DNA of 63,264 nt, counting the filler, from Reticulomyxa filosa (Eukaryota; Protista; Foraminifera): assembly GCA_000512085.1 (NCBI GenBank). It is 15 parts of 15 records of this genome, joined end to end, with 100 filler letters (N's around TTAATTAATTAA, not from the genome) between each part and the next. Parts side by side here need not be neighbours in the genome. Positions count along the whole stretch, not along the records: positions 12,050 to 17,776 come from ASPP01023559.1; positions 17,877 to 30,468 come from ASPP01003149.1; 13 more parts are not named here. The stretch is one strand, 5' to 3'. Position numbers and translations under genes: made by a program. The notes under the pieces were generated by a model. The model was not told the DNA's origin. It saw only the letters and a program-made list of their open reading frames with translations, and made no database searches. This document shows, in pieces, positions 12,050 through 25,702 of the stretch. The first letter of the stretch is position 1, and the number at the start of each line of letters is the position of its first letter.

Positions 12050-12493
12050 GCAATAGCAATAGCAATAGCAATAGCAATGGCAATGATAATGGCAATGAGG
12101 ATGACAATAAAGAACAGAACGAAGACGAAGAGGACATGCCACGCCTTTGGAACACATTGTCATATTTGGATTTGAGCAGCAATCACAACATTGGCGATAA
12201 GGGCAGTTTGGAATTGGGTATCTTTTTGGAGCACAGTCAGGCCATTCACTGCGCGAAGCTATCCAACTGTAGTCTCTCGCCCGTGCAGTTGCACCACGTG
12301 ATGCGCGGAGTGTTGGCCAACAAGAGCGGCGTACCGGACAAGATAAAGAAGAGGAGCAAGAGCACAAACAAGCAATCGTCCAAGGAGCCAATACGAGTGG
12401 ATTCTGTGCAAGCCAATTCTTTTCATGAGACTGGCAGCAACATTCAAAGCATTGATAAGTCATATTTAATTGAATTTCATACGAACAATAATG

Positions 12494-12536
<43 letters not shown>

Positions 12537-12540
12537 TAAC

Positions 12541-12572
<32 letters not shown>

Positions 12573-13699
12573 TCAATCAGTGGTAATATTGGATGACAAG
12601 ACAACGGCATGGAGTGTATCAATACCCATTGCAATGAATCGTCTAACGCACACCGAGATTGTGTCGACGAGCGAGCTGCTATGCATATCGCTGGACATAA
12701 GTGAGAACAACCTGGGTAGCAAAGGCGCGCAGGTGTTGTTGGAGCAGCTGTTGGCGGTGAAAGAGAACTACACGGTGGTGAGTCTGAATCTAGCGAAGAA
12801 CAAGTTGAGTGCCACGCATCTGAGCAACATCTTGCGCGCGCTGACCAATTTGGTATGTCTAGAACGTCTGTGCGTCAGCGACAATATTAAGCGAAAGCGT
12901 CACAGCGACCCCAAAGGGAGCATTGGACATGCGCTCATTTTTTTTAGCTCGCAATGTGCCAACGTTGAATGAACTGGCCATTACCGGCAACAGCAAGCAA
13001 TCTCTGGCCGTCGATCAAGGACTGATGCCTTTCGTGGAGGCCTTGCCCAGTCTCACCAACATCGAATTCCTTGATTTGAGTGGTAATCAATTGGCCACAT
13101 GGAATCATGGCGCTTTGTGGAATATGTTGCTGGACTGTGTAGCAAGGACTCATAGTATACGTGTGCTCAAGCTGCTCGGCAATCGTATCAACGTCGAACA
13201 GCTCTATCACACCTTGCAGATGCTGGCTAGCCATCATCTGCTGTTTGAAAAGATGCCCACCACCGCCGACGAAATTGCGCACGCGCTGAAAAAAAATAAA
13301 GGTCTCATCGCCACGCTCGCCTCCAAGAAACAACAGCCTTGGACCAAAAGCGACGACATGGACCAACTGGTTGAGCGCGTCAAACAAAGGTTCAAGCAAA
13401 ATCGCATTCTGTATGAAATCGATTTGCAATTCATGCAGTCTCTGACGCATCCGCAGCGCATTGAACACGAACTGCAACAGCAAGTCGGATGTCAGTTTGG
13501 CATCCTCTTGGAACGCATTCGCGGCACCGTTCACTTTCCAGATTACTTGTGTCGCATCCCGTTGCTGCTCGTGCGTCTGCGTAATTATATGGCCTCGCAT
13601 GACGGATTCCAAGTCGATGGCATCTTCCGCATTCAGCCCGATGCTAAAAAGTTTGTTGTGGCTAAGCAGTTGTTAGATAGCTATTCTAGTTATTATGAC

Positions 13700-13737
<38 letters not shown>

Positions 13738-14137
13738 CAATGAATCCTTTTCATTGAATCTTGACTTGGATATTCATTGTGTTGCCAATGCCATCAAAGT
13801 TTGGTTCCGTGATTTGCCATTAAAAATTCTTCATACCGTCCCCGTGCAGGTGATTGAAAAGGCAGGTCGGATCGAAGAAATCTCCGATGTCATCTCGTCC
13901 ATCCCCGATCCTTACAAAAGTGTGTTCGAGTGGCTGTTGGACCTCGCCGTCCAAGTGTGCGAACACAAGGATGCCAATCGCATGGACGCCAGAAACGTCG
14001 CCGTAGTGCTGTGTCCCAACTTTTATGACACGTGCGGTATGACCGCCCCTCAGGCCTTGGCCTTCAGTCAGTCATTGCTCAAGTTCACCGAGAGTGCCAT
14101 CAAATGGAGAATTGAATATCGAAATAATCATCCCTTT

Positions 14138-14170
<33 letters not shown>

Positions 14171-15385
14171 CACTTTCCCTCCTCTCCTACCAACCTCTCG
14201 TCCCTTGTCACTCCTCAAATGGTATCCGAAATCAAGGCCAAGGCCATCACCATCGTCGACGAAGAGGAACAAGAGAAACACGAAAAACAAGACGAAGAAA
14301 GAAAAGAAAAAGAAGAAGAAGAAGGAAAACGAAATTATCGTCAATGACGAAGAGCTGAGCGATGCACTGCCAGACGAGGGACATGAGCCACCTCTCAATA
14401 GCGACGACGAAGAGGAGGAAAGATAATACAAAACAAATCAAAGTCAAAGAGGAGGACGAACACAACACAACCGACGACGCAAATCGCGGCTCTGTCGCCA
14501 GCGACAAGCACGACACTGGCATTGAAAAGAGTTTCAAAGATTTCATCAGATCTTCAAAACAAAGTTCAAGTCCTGCCGAAGAGCAAAAGAAACAAGATGA
14601 CAAGCCACTCACTGACTCCACTTTAAACATGCAAAAAGTATGATGTGTATACGTGCACGTACGTATATACCAATATAATAAACATATATGTATATATATA
14701 CATCAATAGACAAATGTCGAGAAAATGGAAAGCGAAGGCGGATTCGTTTCGCACTATAAAAAGGGTCGCTCGAGTTCGCGTGTGGAATTGTATTGGCTGA
14801 ACCGGAGCAGGAGCACATTTTACTCGGGCAAGTATAAAAAGACGCACGTCCAAACAATGTCCAGACGTGGCACTGGCGTGATGGACCTGGGAGTCATCCT
14901 CAGTGGCACGAGTCGGAGACTGCTCGACGAAGATTACAAAAGCAATGGCGGAGGCAGCGGCGAGGAGAACGACGCGTCCCAGCCTGTCTACGCGCCGCTT
15001 CCACCTCCCCCCGTCGAAGAAGACTCCATTTATCGCATGCATTCTCAAGTGCTCGACGAAGACGATGCGGACTCGGACGAGGAGTCACACAGCAGAAAGC
15101 CTACGCCACCAACTGGTATGTCTTATATACATATATACATATGCGTATCTTTATCTTTTTTTCATCGCAAAAAAAAAAGAGATCATTTATCCAAAGTGAC
15201 TGTCTCTCCCTCTATCAAATAGGAGTACGCTCTCGCGCCAGACCGAAACGAAAAAACATTAATGAGGTGTGTGTTTATGTTTTGTATCCTCCATTTCTCA
15301 TTCCCTCTCTCTCTTTCTCTATCTTTTTAATTGGAGTATGTGTGACAAATTTTAGTTGATCCCGGAAGACGAAGAAAAAGAATAA
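12050..15385 (+). CDS. Leucine-rich-repeat plus RhoGAP domain protein (5'-partial)
   Basis: RI-like LRRs (LDLSSNHNIG, LDISENNLG, LDLSGNQL), then RhoGAP motifs DGIFRI (arginine finger), VANAIKVWFRDLP and NRMDARNVAVVLCPN. Apparent frameshifts at the T-run ~12938 and near 14330. Acidic tail with introns; 3' end approximate. Confidence 0.8.
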
Positions 15386-15993
15386 AGTCTCAAATGCTGT
15401 TGATTTATTTCTATGAGCTTGGTTCAATGCCAAAATATGTGCACAGGGTTGAGTTCAAGAAGAACACATAACTTGTCTTGGTTTGGGGTTCTTACAACTT
15501 TTTTTTTTTTTTTCCCCTCTTTTTAGCTTTTTCTTCTCCTCGGGTTTTGTACTCACGCAAGAAACTGCGGAAAAGAGAAAGGGAAAAAAATTTCTTGCAT
15601 ACGTTTTCAAAAAAAAAAAAAGGCTAGACATATTTTAGGAAGGAGGCTTTTCACTATCATCTTTCAAATTATTGTTTTGTGTTGATGAGTTGTATCACTT
15701 GTTTTTGTCGTTGTTGTTGTTAATCTCTTTGTAATCGGCAAAAATATACACTTGCATTAGAAAATAATCTAATTTTTGTATCTTGTTTTCCAACTATGTA
15801 CAATTTGTCGCATAATTTTGCACTAGTAGATTGGACGTGTGGCCTTGGTCTTGAAGATATATTTCGTCGTTAAACAACGTGTTTTTTTTTTAAATGTCTT
15901 TTCCTTTCCCCCTTGAAATGAAAAAATTCGTCTTCATAGATTTTCGATCGATATCAAGTATTGTTTTTTTATCCTCTCCAGAAATTATAATTA

Positions 15994-17731
15994 ATGGATG
16001 GTGAAAACCCTCTGGTGAACTCAAGCCCAGAAACAGAGCCAGGGAAATTACCAGAAAAAGACAGAACAGAAGAAAAGACAGAAATGGAAAGAGAAGACGA
16101 AACAACGAATGTAAAGGAAGCCGAGGAAAGAAAAGGGGAAGAGGAAGGGGAAAAGAAGAACGAAAGCGAAAAAAAGAAGAGTACAGGGAAAGGCTGTATA
16201 ATACCGTTTGCAGATAGCTCGAGTCAGACACAAGAGAGAAGGAACGAAGGGAATGAAGAAGGAGCGTCATCACAGTTGGCACATGAATTGGTGCAAAAGC
16301 CAAGAGAGCTGGCGTATGAGGAGAAAGTGCAAGTGAACAAAATCAAAGAAGAAATGAGCAAAGAGAGGGGGCCCGACATGAAAAATCTGAGAATACTGGC
16401 AAAAAAGGGTTTCGTCACAAGCAAATGGCGAAGGCAAATATGGCCACTACTATTGGGGATTGGAACCAATTTCGACGATGGCAATAACAACAATCATAAT
16501 GACGATGATAATAATAATAATAATAATAATAATAATAGTAATGATAATCATAAAAACATTGTTAAAGCAAATGATACTAAATCCAATCCATTTCCAAGTG
16601 CAGATGATACTCACAAATATTATGAGCAAGTTATTTTATTTTATTTTATTTTATTTTGTTGTTGTTTTTGATACAGACGAATAAATGAATAATATTGTTA
16701 TTTATTTGTCTCTCCCCTTTTTTTTTTTAAAAAAAAAAAAAAAGGTGAAGAAAGATACACTTCGTAGTATGCATCATTTCGATGTAACGAAGCAATATGA
16801 CGAAGAGACACGAACAAAAGAACAAGAAACACTGGAAAAAATCTTACATGCAATATTTTGTCAAAACCCGGACTTACATTACACGCAGGGTTTCCATGAC
16901 ATTTGCAGTGTGTTTTATATAGTCTGTGGGGAGCGCTTGGGTCGGCAGTTGTCGGAGGCTTTGGCCAAGCGTCATATGAGAGACGCCGTCCGAGAGAACT
17001 TGACCGTGTATCAATATATCTTGCAACTGTTGTTTCCGTTGATCCATTTGGTCGATGCAGAAGTGTTTGATTTCATTCAAAACTCTCAAGTTTAGCATTT
17101 TTTTAAAATAATAATAATAATAAAAAAAATGCTAAACTATTTTAAACAAATTGTTTTATTTTTTTAAAAAAAAAAAATGCTAAAGGTAACACCTTTCTTT
17201 TCATTGTCTTGGATATTGACTTGGTTTTCTCATAACATTGAACGATTTGACGACATCGCTCGATTGTATGACTTCTTCTTAGCATCGCATCCACTGATGC
17301 CAATGTATTTCACCGTTGCGATGATTGTTGACCTCCGAAACAAGCTACTACACGAATGCGAATGCTCTCCTGGAGGCGTTCATGCGTTCTTTCAACTTAT
17401 TCAATGGAATGACTGGAGGAAAGAACGCTTTGACAAGGCCATTGAAGACAGCGCCAACATGTTTGAACTTTATCCACCTAAACGCTTATACACCGAATTT
17501 GCTTTTGAAGAACTCAAGCAAATTCCAGACGACTCGCCTTTCTTGGCCCAAACGGTCGATGAAGTCAAGGATATGAATAAACAATATTCTGGAGTCTTCT
17601 TGAGATTGCCTTTTTGGCATCGCAAAAATCCCGCTTTTTGGACGTACGTTGGGGTACCGGTTGTCGCTGTCGTTGTCACTGCCACTTTCACTGGATATTG
17701 CTTTAGTATTTGGAAAGAGGCCAACAAATAA
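15994..17731 (+). CDS. TBC1D20: TBC-domain RabGAP, TBC1D20/Gyp8-like; exons 15994-16629, 16745-17089, 17186-17731
   Basis: RRQIWPLLLG, QVKKDTLRS, HYTQGFHDI, FSLSWILTWFSH, RLYDFFLASHPLMP and a C-terminal transmembrane anchor. Confidence 0.88.
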
Positions 17732-17739
17732 TTATTTTT

Positions 17740-17776
<37 letters not shown>

Positions 17777-17876
17777 NNNNNNNNNNNNNNNNNNNNNNNN
17801 NNNNNNNNNNNNNNNNNNNNTTAATTAATTAANNNNNNNNNNNNNNNNNNNNNNNNNNNNNNNNNNNNNNNNNNNN
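17777..17876. other. Artificial contig linker
   Basis: N44-TTAATTAATTAA-N44. Confidence 0.97.
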
Positions 17877-17939
17877 GGGGGGGGGTAAGAAACAGAAGAG
17901 AAAGAAAAATAAATAAATAGTTTTTTTGTGTGCTTTAAA

Positions 17940-18349
17940 AAATTGACAAAAAATAGTGGCAACAAATTAAAAAAGCAACGGATACTTCAATGAACCGCCA
18001 CCAAAGACGAATAAAAATTGAAAATTCGAAAGGAAAGTTGCTAAATAATGCGACAACCACGAAAGCACAACTTTCGAGAGCTGATGAATTGACCAGTTTA
18101 CAAGCGTCACACGGCATTGTTGACTCGGCGTTGGAGGCATTGAGCAATGTCAAAAGTGATTTGTTTGACCAAAAGTCACTACTTAAACAAACACGTAAAA
18201 AAATTCTTGACCTCGGTAACTTAGTCGGGTTTAGCAATTCTTTGGTTGGAGTCATTATGAAACGAACTACAGAAGACCAATGGATTTTGTATGGAGGAAT
18301 GCTTTTCACTATCGTTGTCATCTTTTTATTGTGGTATTTTTTCATGTGA
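17940..18349 (+). CDS. GOSR2: Golgi Qb-SNARE, membrin/Bos1-like (3' part only)
   Basis: SNARE coil QKSLLKQTRKKILDLGNLVGFSNSLVGVIMKR..DQWILYGGM followed by a C-terminal TM helix. Confidence 0.75.
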
Positions 18350-18767
18350 TATCCCGAATTCCGTTTTTTCTTTTTGTTTTGTTTTTTTCCTTTGTCTTTT
18401 CAAATACGAGCCATTTTCAAATTTACCATTTTAACAAGCTTACATCCGACACTGTTCTGTTTTCATTTCTTTTTTTGCATGCCTTTCTGCAGCATTTATA
18501 TTAATTCTTCACACTCTTTTGTTTGTTACCAGGCCAATGCCACAAATAAAACGAGATAAGAAAAATAAAAACTTCTCTAATTATCTCTTTAAGAATTTAT
18601 ATTTACAAAAAGGATTTTATAAGTACACGTCATCCACATTGGAAATGATTTTTTGAAAGTGCGTCATTTAAGAATATCTTTTTAAAAAAATTGGAAATGA
18701 AACAATTGATTTTATTATATATAAAAAAAAATTAAGAATTGTTGCTATGAAGAAAAGAAACAATGTG

Positions 18768-20202
18768 TCAGACAACAACACCATCAACTTTCCACTCATA
18801 GATGGGTTGAATATCAACAGGAACACCTTTATGAAGTAGTGCATCTAATATTTTTTGAGTAGGTGGCGCATTTATAGCATATTTTTTTGCAAGGACTTCT
18901 GCTTTGTCACGATTGGCAGTGCCTTGAATAGTTAAAACTTCATTGGCTAAGCTTTGGACGCTCGATTCGATTTTGTCAAAATCAACTTTGAAAAATCCAG
19001 TTTCTTTGTCAACGACAAACCCACCTTTTTCGACGATCCAATTCAATTGCAAAGCAGTCCCTTTGCCATGGGCTTCTTTCAATCCAAATCGAATACTGCG
19101 GAACATGCTGGCCAAGTAGGTGATCAGCACACTCTTGTACTGGGTGTTGTCTTTGTCATTGGGGAAATCGCCATGTTTCATCAAATACAGCAGCGCCCAC
19201 AGTCCAACAATATCAGCTTTGGCTTCCTCAATGAAGGAATAGTTGGGTCCTAACGCAGCTCTTTGAACGGCAATACAAGTTTGTTTGTTTGTTTGTTTTT
19301 TAAATTTATGTATTTATTTTTGGCACACCGTTTTTCCAAATAATAATAATAAAAAAAATATATATATATATAAATGTATGTATGTATGTATATATGTATA
19401 CATTAATATATTATACCTTACAGTGGAAACACCATATTTGGTTTGATTCAGTTGGTGTGGACCCAAAGAGTGGCACATTTCATGACACAAAATGTGATTG
19501 AAGAAAGAGTCAAAGGAGACCAAAGTGCGCTGAGAGGGATCGAGGGACAGCTCGCAGATAGGTATGAGTACTTTGTTGAACTTTGCTTTTTGCACATTTC
19601 TGAGAATGACGAGTTTATTACCATACTTAGTAGTAACGCGTTCGTCATTGGGGAGATTGAAGGCCGCAGTTTGGGGCCCTCCTCTTTCTCCGCCAAACAT
19701 GACTTGGTCAACCACGACGATAGGCTTGCCTTCGACAATGTGAGGATTTTTCAGCTCATCAGCACAAGGCAGCGCATTTTCGAGCTCTTGCAGCTTGCTT
19801 GCAAACAGTTGCAACTTGCGACTGCTTTCGGCGTCTCGAATGCAAATGCACGACTTGAATGCTGCCTTTTGATTCAGCAGCTCGTCTTCGTATACTTCGT
19901 ACGGCCCAATCGTCGCGTCAATCAACGACTCTTCTTTGATATTCAACCAGTCGACGTCCGAGGCAATGTAGTCATTGCTCAAAAACGCCTTGCATCGGCT
20001 TTCCAAATACTTTACCAATGATTCGTACTTGTCTTTCTTATTTAACACTTCCGCTGCTTCTCCCAACAGGACACTGGCCGATTCCAACCATTTCTTGTAC
20101 ACTACACTGTAGGGGACATATTCCAATGCACCCTGACATACACACAACACCGTATATACATATACATATACGTATGTGTAAATAAACTTTTAAATAAATT
20201 CA

Positions 20203-20243
<41 letters not shown>

Positions 20244-20955
20244 GGGGGAAAAAAAATATTGATGTGCGATTTTGCGTGGTAGGCTAAAAAAAAAAAAACC
20301 ACACACACACACATAAAATTTATATTTTTTTTATTTTAAAAAATTATTTATAAAGGTGATGAAACTTGATCATTTCTTGTAATGATGGTGAAAAAAACCT
20401 TTGGCTTCGGCTTGCTCGTCTTCTTTTAGAGAGCTCACGTACTTGTCCCACTCTTCTATAGTCATGTCCTTCGGATAAAAGTTTGCACCTTTTGGCTTTG
20501 GAAAGTCAAGTCGATCGTGCTCGTGCTCACTTAGGTGGTCCCAAAACCCCATGTTTATGTCGAAGAAACGCAAATACTGCTCTCGTGTTACATTACTCTC
20601 CGCTTTCTTTTCCTCTTTCGAAATGTCCACGTCCGCACTAATTGTTTTTTCTGTTTGCATATATGTGCGCTGTAGCTTTGCTTTAATATGCTCTCTCTTT
20701 TGTATATGTCATACAATTCTACAAAATAATAACAATAGTGCAATCAAACTGACCGATGCACTCCTTCCACTCAGAGTACGTCTTCCCAGTCGTTTGCAAT
20801 AAAAACAATTCGTCCATTATACGTGACACTTCTCGCAATTTAAATAGAGCTTTCCTTTCGCTCAAAGAAAATGGAGTCAAGTCAAGCGGAAGGATAACCG
20901 GAGCATACTTTGACAGAGATGATAGATCAATTTTGGGCAATGATATTGTTGACAT
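18768..20955 (-). CDS. Peptidase M49 (dipeptidyl peptidase III-like), HEXXH type, multi-exon
   Basis: IGPYEVYEDEL, AAFNLPNDERV, KFNKVLIPI, HEMCHSLGP, EEAKADIVGL and FRSIRFGLKEAHGKG. Confidence 0.85.
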
Positions 20956-21512
20956 TGATCCAATAGTGATATTGGAAAAAGACAGTGGTTTTTATATATA
21001 ACTTTTTCCAAACATTCTTTGGAGTGTTGTCGCTCTTGCGTATTTCTTGATATGTGTTAACTCAAATAGGTTATTTATTTCCATGCTCACAATTTGTTCC
21101 TGTTTTTTGTGTAATCAATTATATAATTTAATTAAAATTTAAAAGATAGTAATTACTTTAAAACGATCGCTCTAATAGACAGTTTGAAATTATACGTGTA
21201 CTTTAATATTAATATAATTTGGTAAGAAGGCATTAAAATACAATGATTGATCTTGTTATTACATTATTAAGTGCAATGTTAAATGAAAAAATGATTTGCA
21301 AGAGTACCAAAACAAAAAAATTAATTTAGCCTTTTACTTAGAATAATCATTAAACAATTATCTAAGGACATTACACAACGTTTTCAAAAATGTTTACATA
21401 AAATAGCAAAAGTGAAAAGCATTTGTTGTTTGGAGGAAGTGTAGTAGTTCTGGGTTTTTTGAATTTTTGTCTACGGGTCTTTTTTAAAAAATCCTTCGAT
21501 AAATAATCAACG

Positions 21513-23078
21513 ATGGCATTCACAGCAACTGAGCTGACCAAACAAATTATCTCCTTAGCTGGGAAATATAGCCCTTGGAATGAGAGTTTTATCAATAATT
21601 TTGAATTTCAACTTCCTAACACAGCACTGTCGGCGTTGCACTATCCTGTTATTACGTTGGTTTTCTATTGCTTTTTTATTCCAAGCCTGGAAAAGGTTAG
21701 TAAATGGTGTGCTTAACAGAAAAAACAATAAAAGTTTTCGTAAGAGTTGCGCTATTCCTTTTTTATATTGTAACTCGCAGTAGCAAAGACTGTGAGAAAG
21801 GAGAGAGAAAGAGAAAGAAAAAAAGAAAGTATAGAAAAAACACGACAAAGTTCTTTCTTTGTACACAAACGAAAATCGAAACACAAATATATAAAAGTTT
21901 ATGAAAAATCGTCGCCCACCACCATTGAAATACATTTTAGTCGTTCATAATCTCTTATTAAGCGCGTTGTCATTTACTTTATTTGTGGTTTTGGCGTTGA
22001 AATTGATTTCTTTTCGAGAACGAGGCTATTCTTACTTTGCTGTTTAGTTAGCATAAAAAAAACAAATAAATAAATAAAATAAATAAACAAAACAAACGTA
22101 TAGATTTTCTGTGAGCTCAATTACAGTGACCAAAAGGGATTGTTGACATTTTCTTATTATTTGAACCATTTATTGAAATACTATGAAGTTAAATCCGCTT
22201 TTGCGAAACCTCAATTTTTTTGTCACTCTTTTGAAAAAAATATTTTATTTTATTTTTGGGTTTTATTGTTGTTAATAGTTACTCGATACGATATTCTTGG
22301 CACTGAAAAAGAAACCTATCAACTTTTTGCACGCTTATCATCACCCTGCAACACTTGTTTTGACATGGGGACAACTGGTTGATAACACAGGCATTCAATG
22401 GATTGTCATTTTGTTTCGTATCTCTTTTGTTTTGTGTTTGTGGGGAAAAAATATATTACACACGATTATCTTTTTCAAAAGCAAAAAAAAAAAAAAAAAA
22501 TGTGGACACCACATTGAAATACTGTTGTAACTTTTTATTCTTTTTTTCTCGTGTTCTCTCTTCTCGGAACTTTTTTTATACGTGTTGGAATGGGGGACTA
22601 CAGCCTGAACTTGTTGGTTCACGTTGTGATGTATTTCTACTATGCTTTGGCTGCGTTAAGTGTTGAAATGCCATTCAAGCAGCTGATTACCGTTTTGCAA
22701 ATATTGCAATTCATTTTGGATCTGTTTGCATGCTTTGGGGTATGTGCATATTGATGTGTGTAATTGTTTCTTGATCTTTGTATAACAAATGTGTTGCTTT
22801 GTTCTTTTTTTTTGAAATTAATAGGCCTATTTCGTGTTTGTTTTCCAAGACAGGTGTGTTCTCGGAAAAAATTTTTTTTTTCCTTTTTTGAAACGAATAT
22901 TCGCTTGGTTTGTCTATGCTTTTGTTATTAAAGTTGTTTCGGTCGAGAAAGAGCTGCTACCGTTGGATGCTTTATTCTGACATCATACCTGTATTTGTTT
23001 TTAGATTTCTATAACGAAACGTACGGAAAGAAACCTCAGCCAGCAAAAACAGTTCAAAAAGTTGAACCTGCAAAATAA
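21513..23078 (+). CDS. Fatty acid elongase (ELO/GNS1-SUR4 family), multi-exon
   Basis: KYYE...LKKKPINFLHAYHH histidine box, NLLVHVVMYFYY, ITVLQILQF and YLYLFLDFY. Stop at 23076-23078. Confidence 0.88.
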
Positions 23079-25702
23079 AAAGAAACTGCAGCATCTTTTT
23101 TGTTGTTGGAATGTGAAGTAAATAAATAATCATGATTTTATTATTTTTATCACTTTATTTTTGTTTTAAAACTTGAACGAAAGGGTGTGGTTCTGGCTAA
23201 CAGCTGTCTTTGCATTCATTTTAGGTAGTGAATTTTGAGTTCAATTGTTCAACGCATTTTTCGACATCATTATCAAATTTACCAACGTCGATTGTTTGAA
23301 TTTTTTGTATTAATGAAAAAAAAGTGAACGATATTTATGTTAAATCTAATGAATTTATATTGAAATAGTAAGCAAGAACTGTTACCTTTTCTTATCCGCA
23401 TTTGAACAACAATATATTATGACAATTATGTTTTCATATTACAATTATAAAAACAATTAAGGATATTATCCAGATTTGTAGTTTGTAGGATTCAGTATTA
23501 ATATGCTTAGAATAGAATTCGCAATTTCGTACATAAGGTTTATGTCATCACAACAAGTGTAAAGTATAATATAATTTTGTCATACAATAAATGGCAATGT
23601 CAATGCTGAAAAAGAAAAGTGTATTGTTTATGGTATCATGATAATATTAAATTTTTTAATAAATAAATCCAAAAGATAAGCAAAAACTTATTTTATGTTA
23701 ATAGCATATGATTTATTTTTAATAGTAAAACTAGCTTTAATACAACAATAGGCTTTTGCTGACTACTTTTTAGATTTATAAAAAAAATATCAAAAAAAGA
23801 AAACATACACTGATAATTAGCAATCAAAACGTGCATAAAATTCATTGACAGAAACAAACGTATATACTTTTCGGGTTTAAGTAAAAAAACTGTACAAAAC
23901 AAAACATTAGCAAATAAAAAAAATTTTCAGAATTAACGTGTAAAATGATTGCAATTTGTGTTCTGATTTTTCAATTGATGTATTTATTTAATGAACTAGA
24001 TTGTACCTTTCAAAACTCAAATTGATGGGATTATCGACATGACAAATACCTTGGGTAAAATTCGAACATTTTTTCCAATCTTTCATAACAAGATTTGTAT
24101 ATCTACGTACCACTTTCATTTTTTTGTTATAAAAATAAAAACACATCAATATGTCCACATTTTTTGGGATAAAAATAGATAAGTACAAGATTGTGCTGTA
24201 GTTATCACTGCAATCGATTTGTTTAAATTTTTTTATTCGTGCCGAATTTTTAAATTATATATGATTTGCCGAATATAAAATATATATCTTTGTGTGCATA
24301 TTTGGTGATTGACATCTTGTTTCTACGAAAGTGTCAATGCGTCAATTAATTTGTATATAAATATACATATTTTATTTTTTCTCTAGATTTTTTTCAGTTA
24401 AGTTTTCGACGACACAACAATAAGGTTGCACTTTTTCGGACAAAAAAAATTAATTATATTTGCGTTGACATTTCTTGTGCAATTAGAACGGCAAAAAAGC
24501 AACAATTTGATTAATCCAAGTTTTTTTGGAAAAGACATGACAGAAGGCTCAATTTTTTTATCTTTGAAAAACTCTACCATTTTTTTACAAATTGAACACT
24601 CATCATTCACAGCCATCTATTGAAATAAGGAAAACGGGAGAAAAACAATTGCTTGCACCAAACAAATGTTGCAATCTATATTGACAACATTAGCAATAAT
24701 TCACGATGTACTTGCGTTATGTTCATATTTTTCATTATGTGAAACTTTTTTTTAGTTTCAATTCAATTGACAATTGCAAAAGCAATTATATATTTTCAGT
24801 GTCACAATACAAATTTAGCGACATATAGAATATGAAACTAAAAAAAATGAAAAATTTGAATGTGTAGAATAGCTTATATATTAGTATCAGACAGTTATTT
24901 CGTAAATTGAAATTTCACAAAAAGAAACGAAAATATATTAAATAATATAAGGAACAAAACGATCAAAATGAATAACATAAAGAATAAATGAAGTAAATTT
25001 TTTTTATTGAGCGCGTATTTCTATTTTAACGTAAAATTTCACTTACAATTAATGCCATTTACATATAAATAGATTTTTTTTATGTTTGAGATGTTACTTA
25101 TTAGTCCATGAAAATTTACAAATAATATCTAAAATATCTTCTCTTAATGACATTATTCTTTTTCATTTAAATGACGAATTAACAAAAACTGGTCGCAATT
25201 CTTTTTTTTAACAAACTTTCTTTTATCGTCAATTAATGAACAGAAAACAGTAGTTTATATGATCAAATCAATAAAAAAATGAAACTTGAATCTAACCATT
25301 ACAAGTATCGTATTCTGACACGTTATCTATGTAACTAGTCATTCCAAAGACAACAATGAAGAAAAATGAAATAAAAATGAAAAAGGTCCAATTTCTTTTT
25401 TAAAAAATTTTTCGTCATCCATTTTTTTTTGTTAAAACGTCTAGTTAATATGATCAAACAGGATATCCATGTACAACTATGAACTGCTAATGCAAACAAA
25501 CTGCACGATTGTTTTATAAAAAGCTTTTTACTGTTGTGAAAAATTGAATATGAGAAAAAATTGGATGACAGCTGCTGCATACGAAGTTTGAAAGACACCA
25601 AATAAAAACGTGTCCCTTTCCCATTTGCCCTTTCAAAAAAGCCACAAAAAAACCCATCATTTTTTGCCTGTACAACATCAATAAAGTCAAATGTGATTTT
25701 GT

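Noticed and set aside
12480-12570. (AAT)n, (AATTCC)n, (ATGAAT)n and (TATACA)n tracts as functional arrays
   Set aside because: Ordinary microsatellites giving poly-Asn or dipeptide runs or lying in introns, with no spacer structure.
12944-13612. Long antisense ORFs over the RhoGAP, PP2A, DPP III and 56-58 kb genes
   Set aside because: Shadow ORFs opposite real coding exons, with no motifs.
23100-25650. Short ORFs in the long AT-rich intergenic stretch
   Set aside because: Low-complexity F/I/K/L-rich translations with no motif or splice support.
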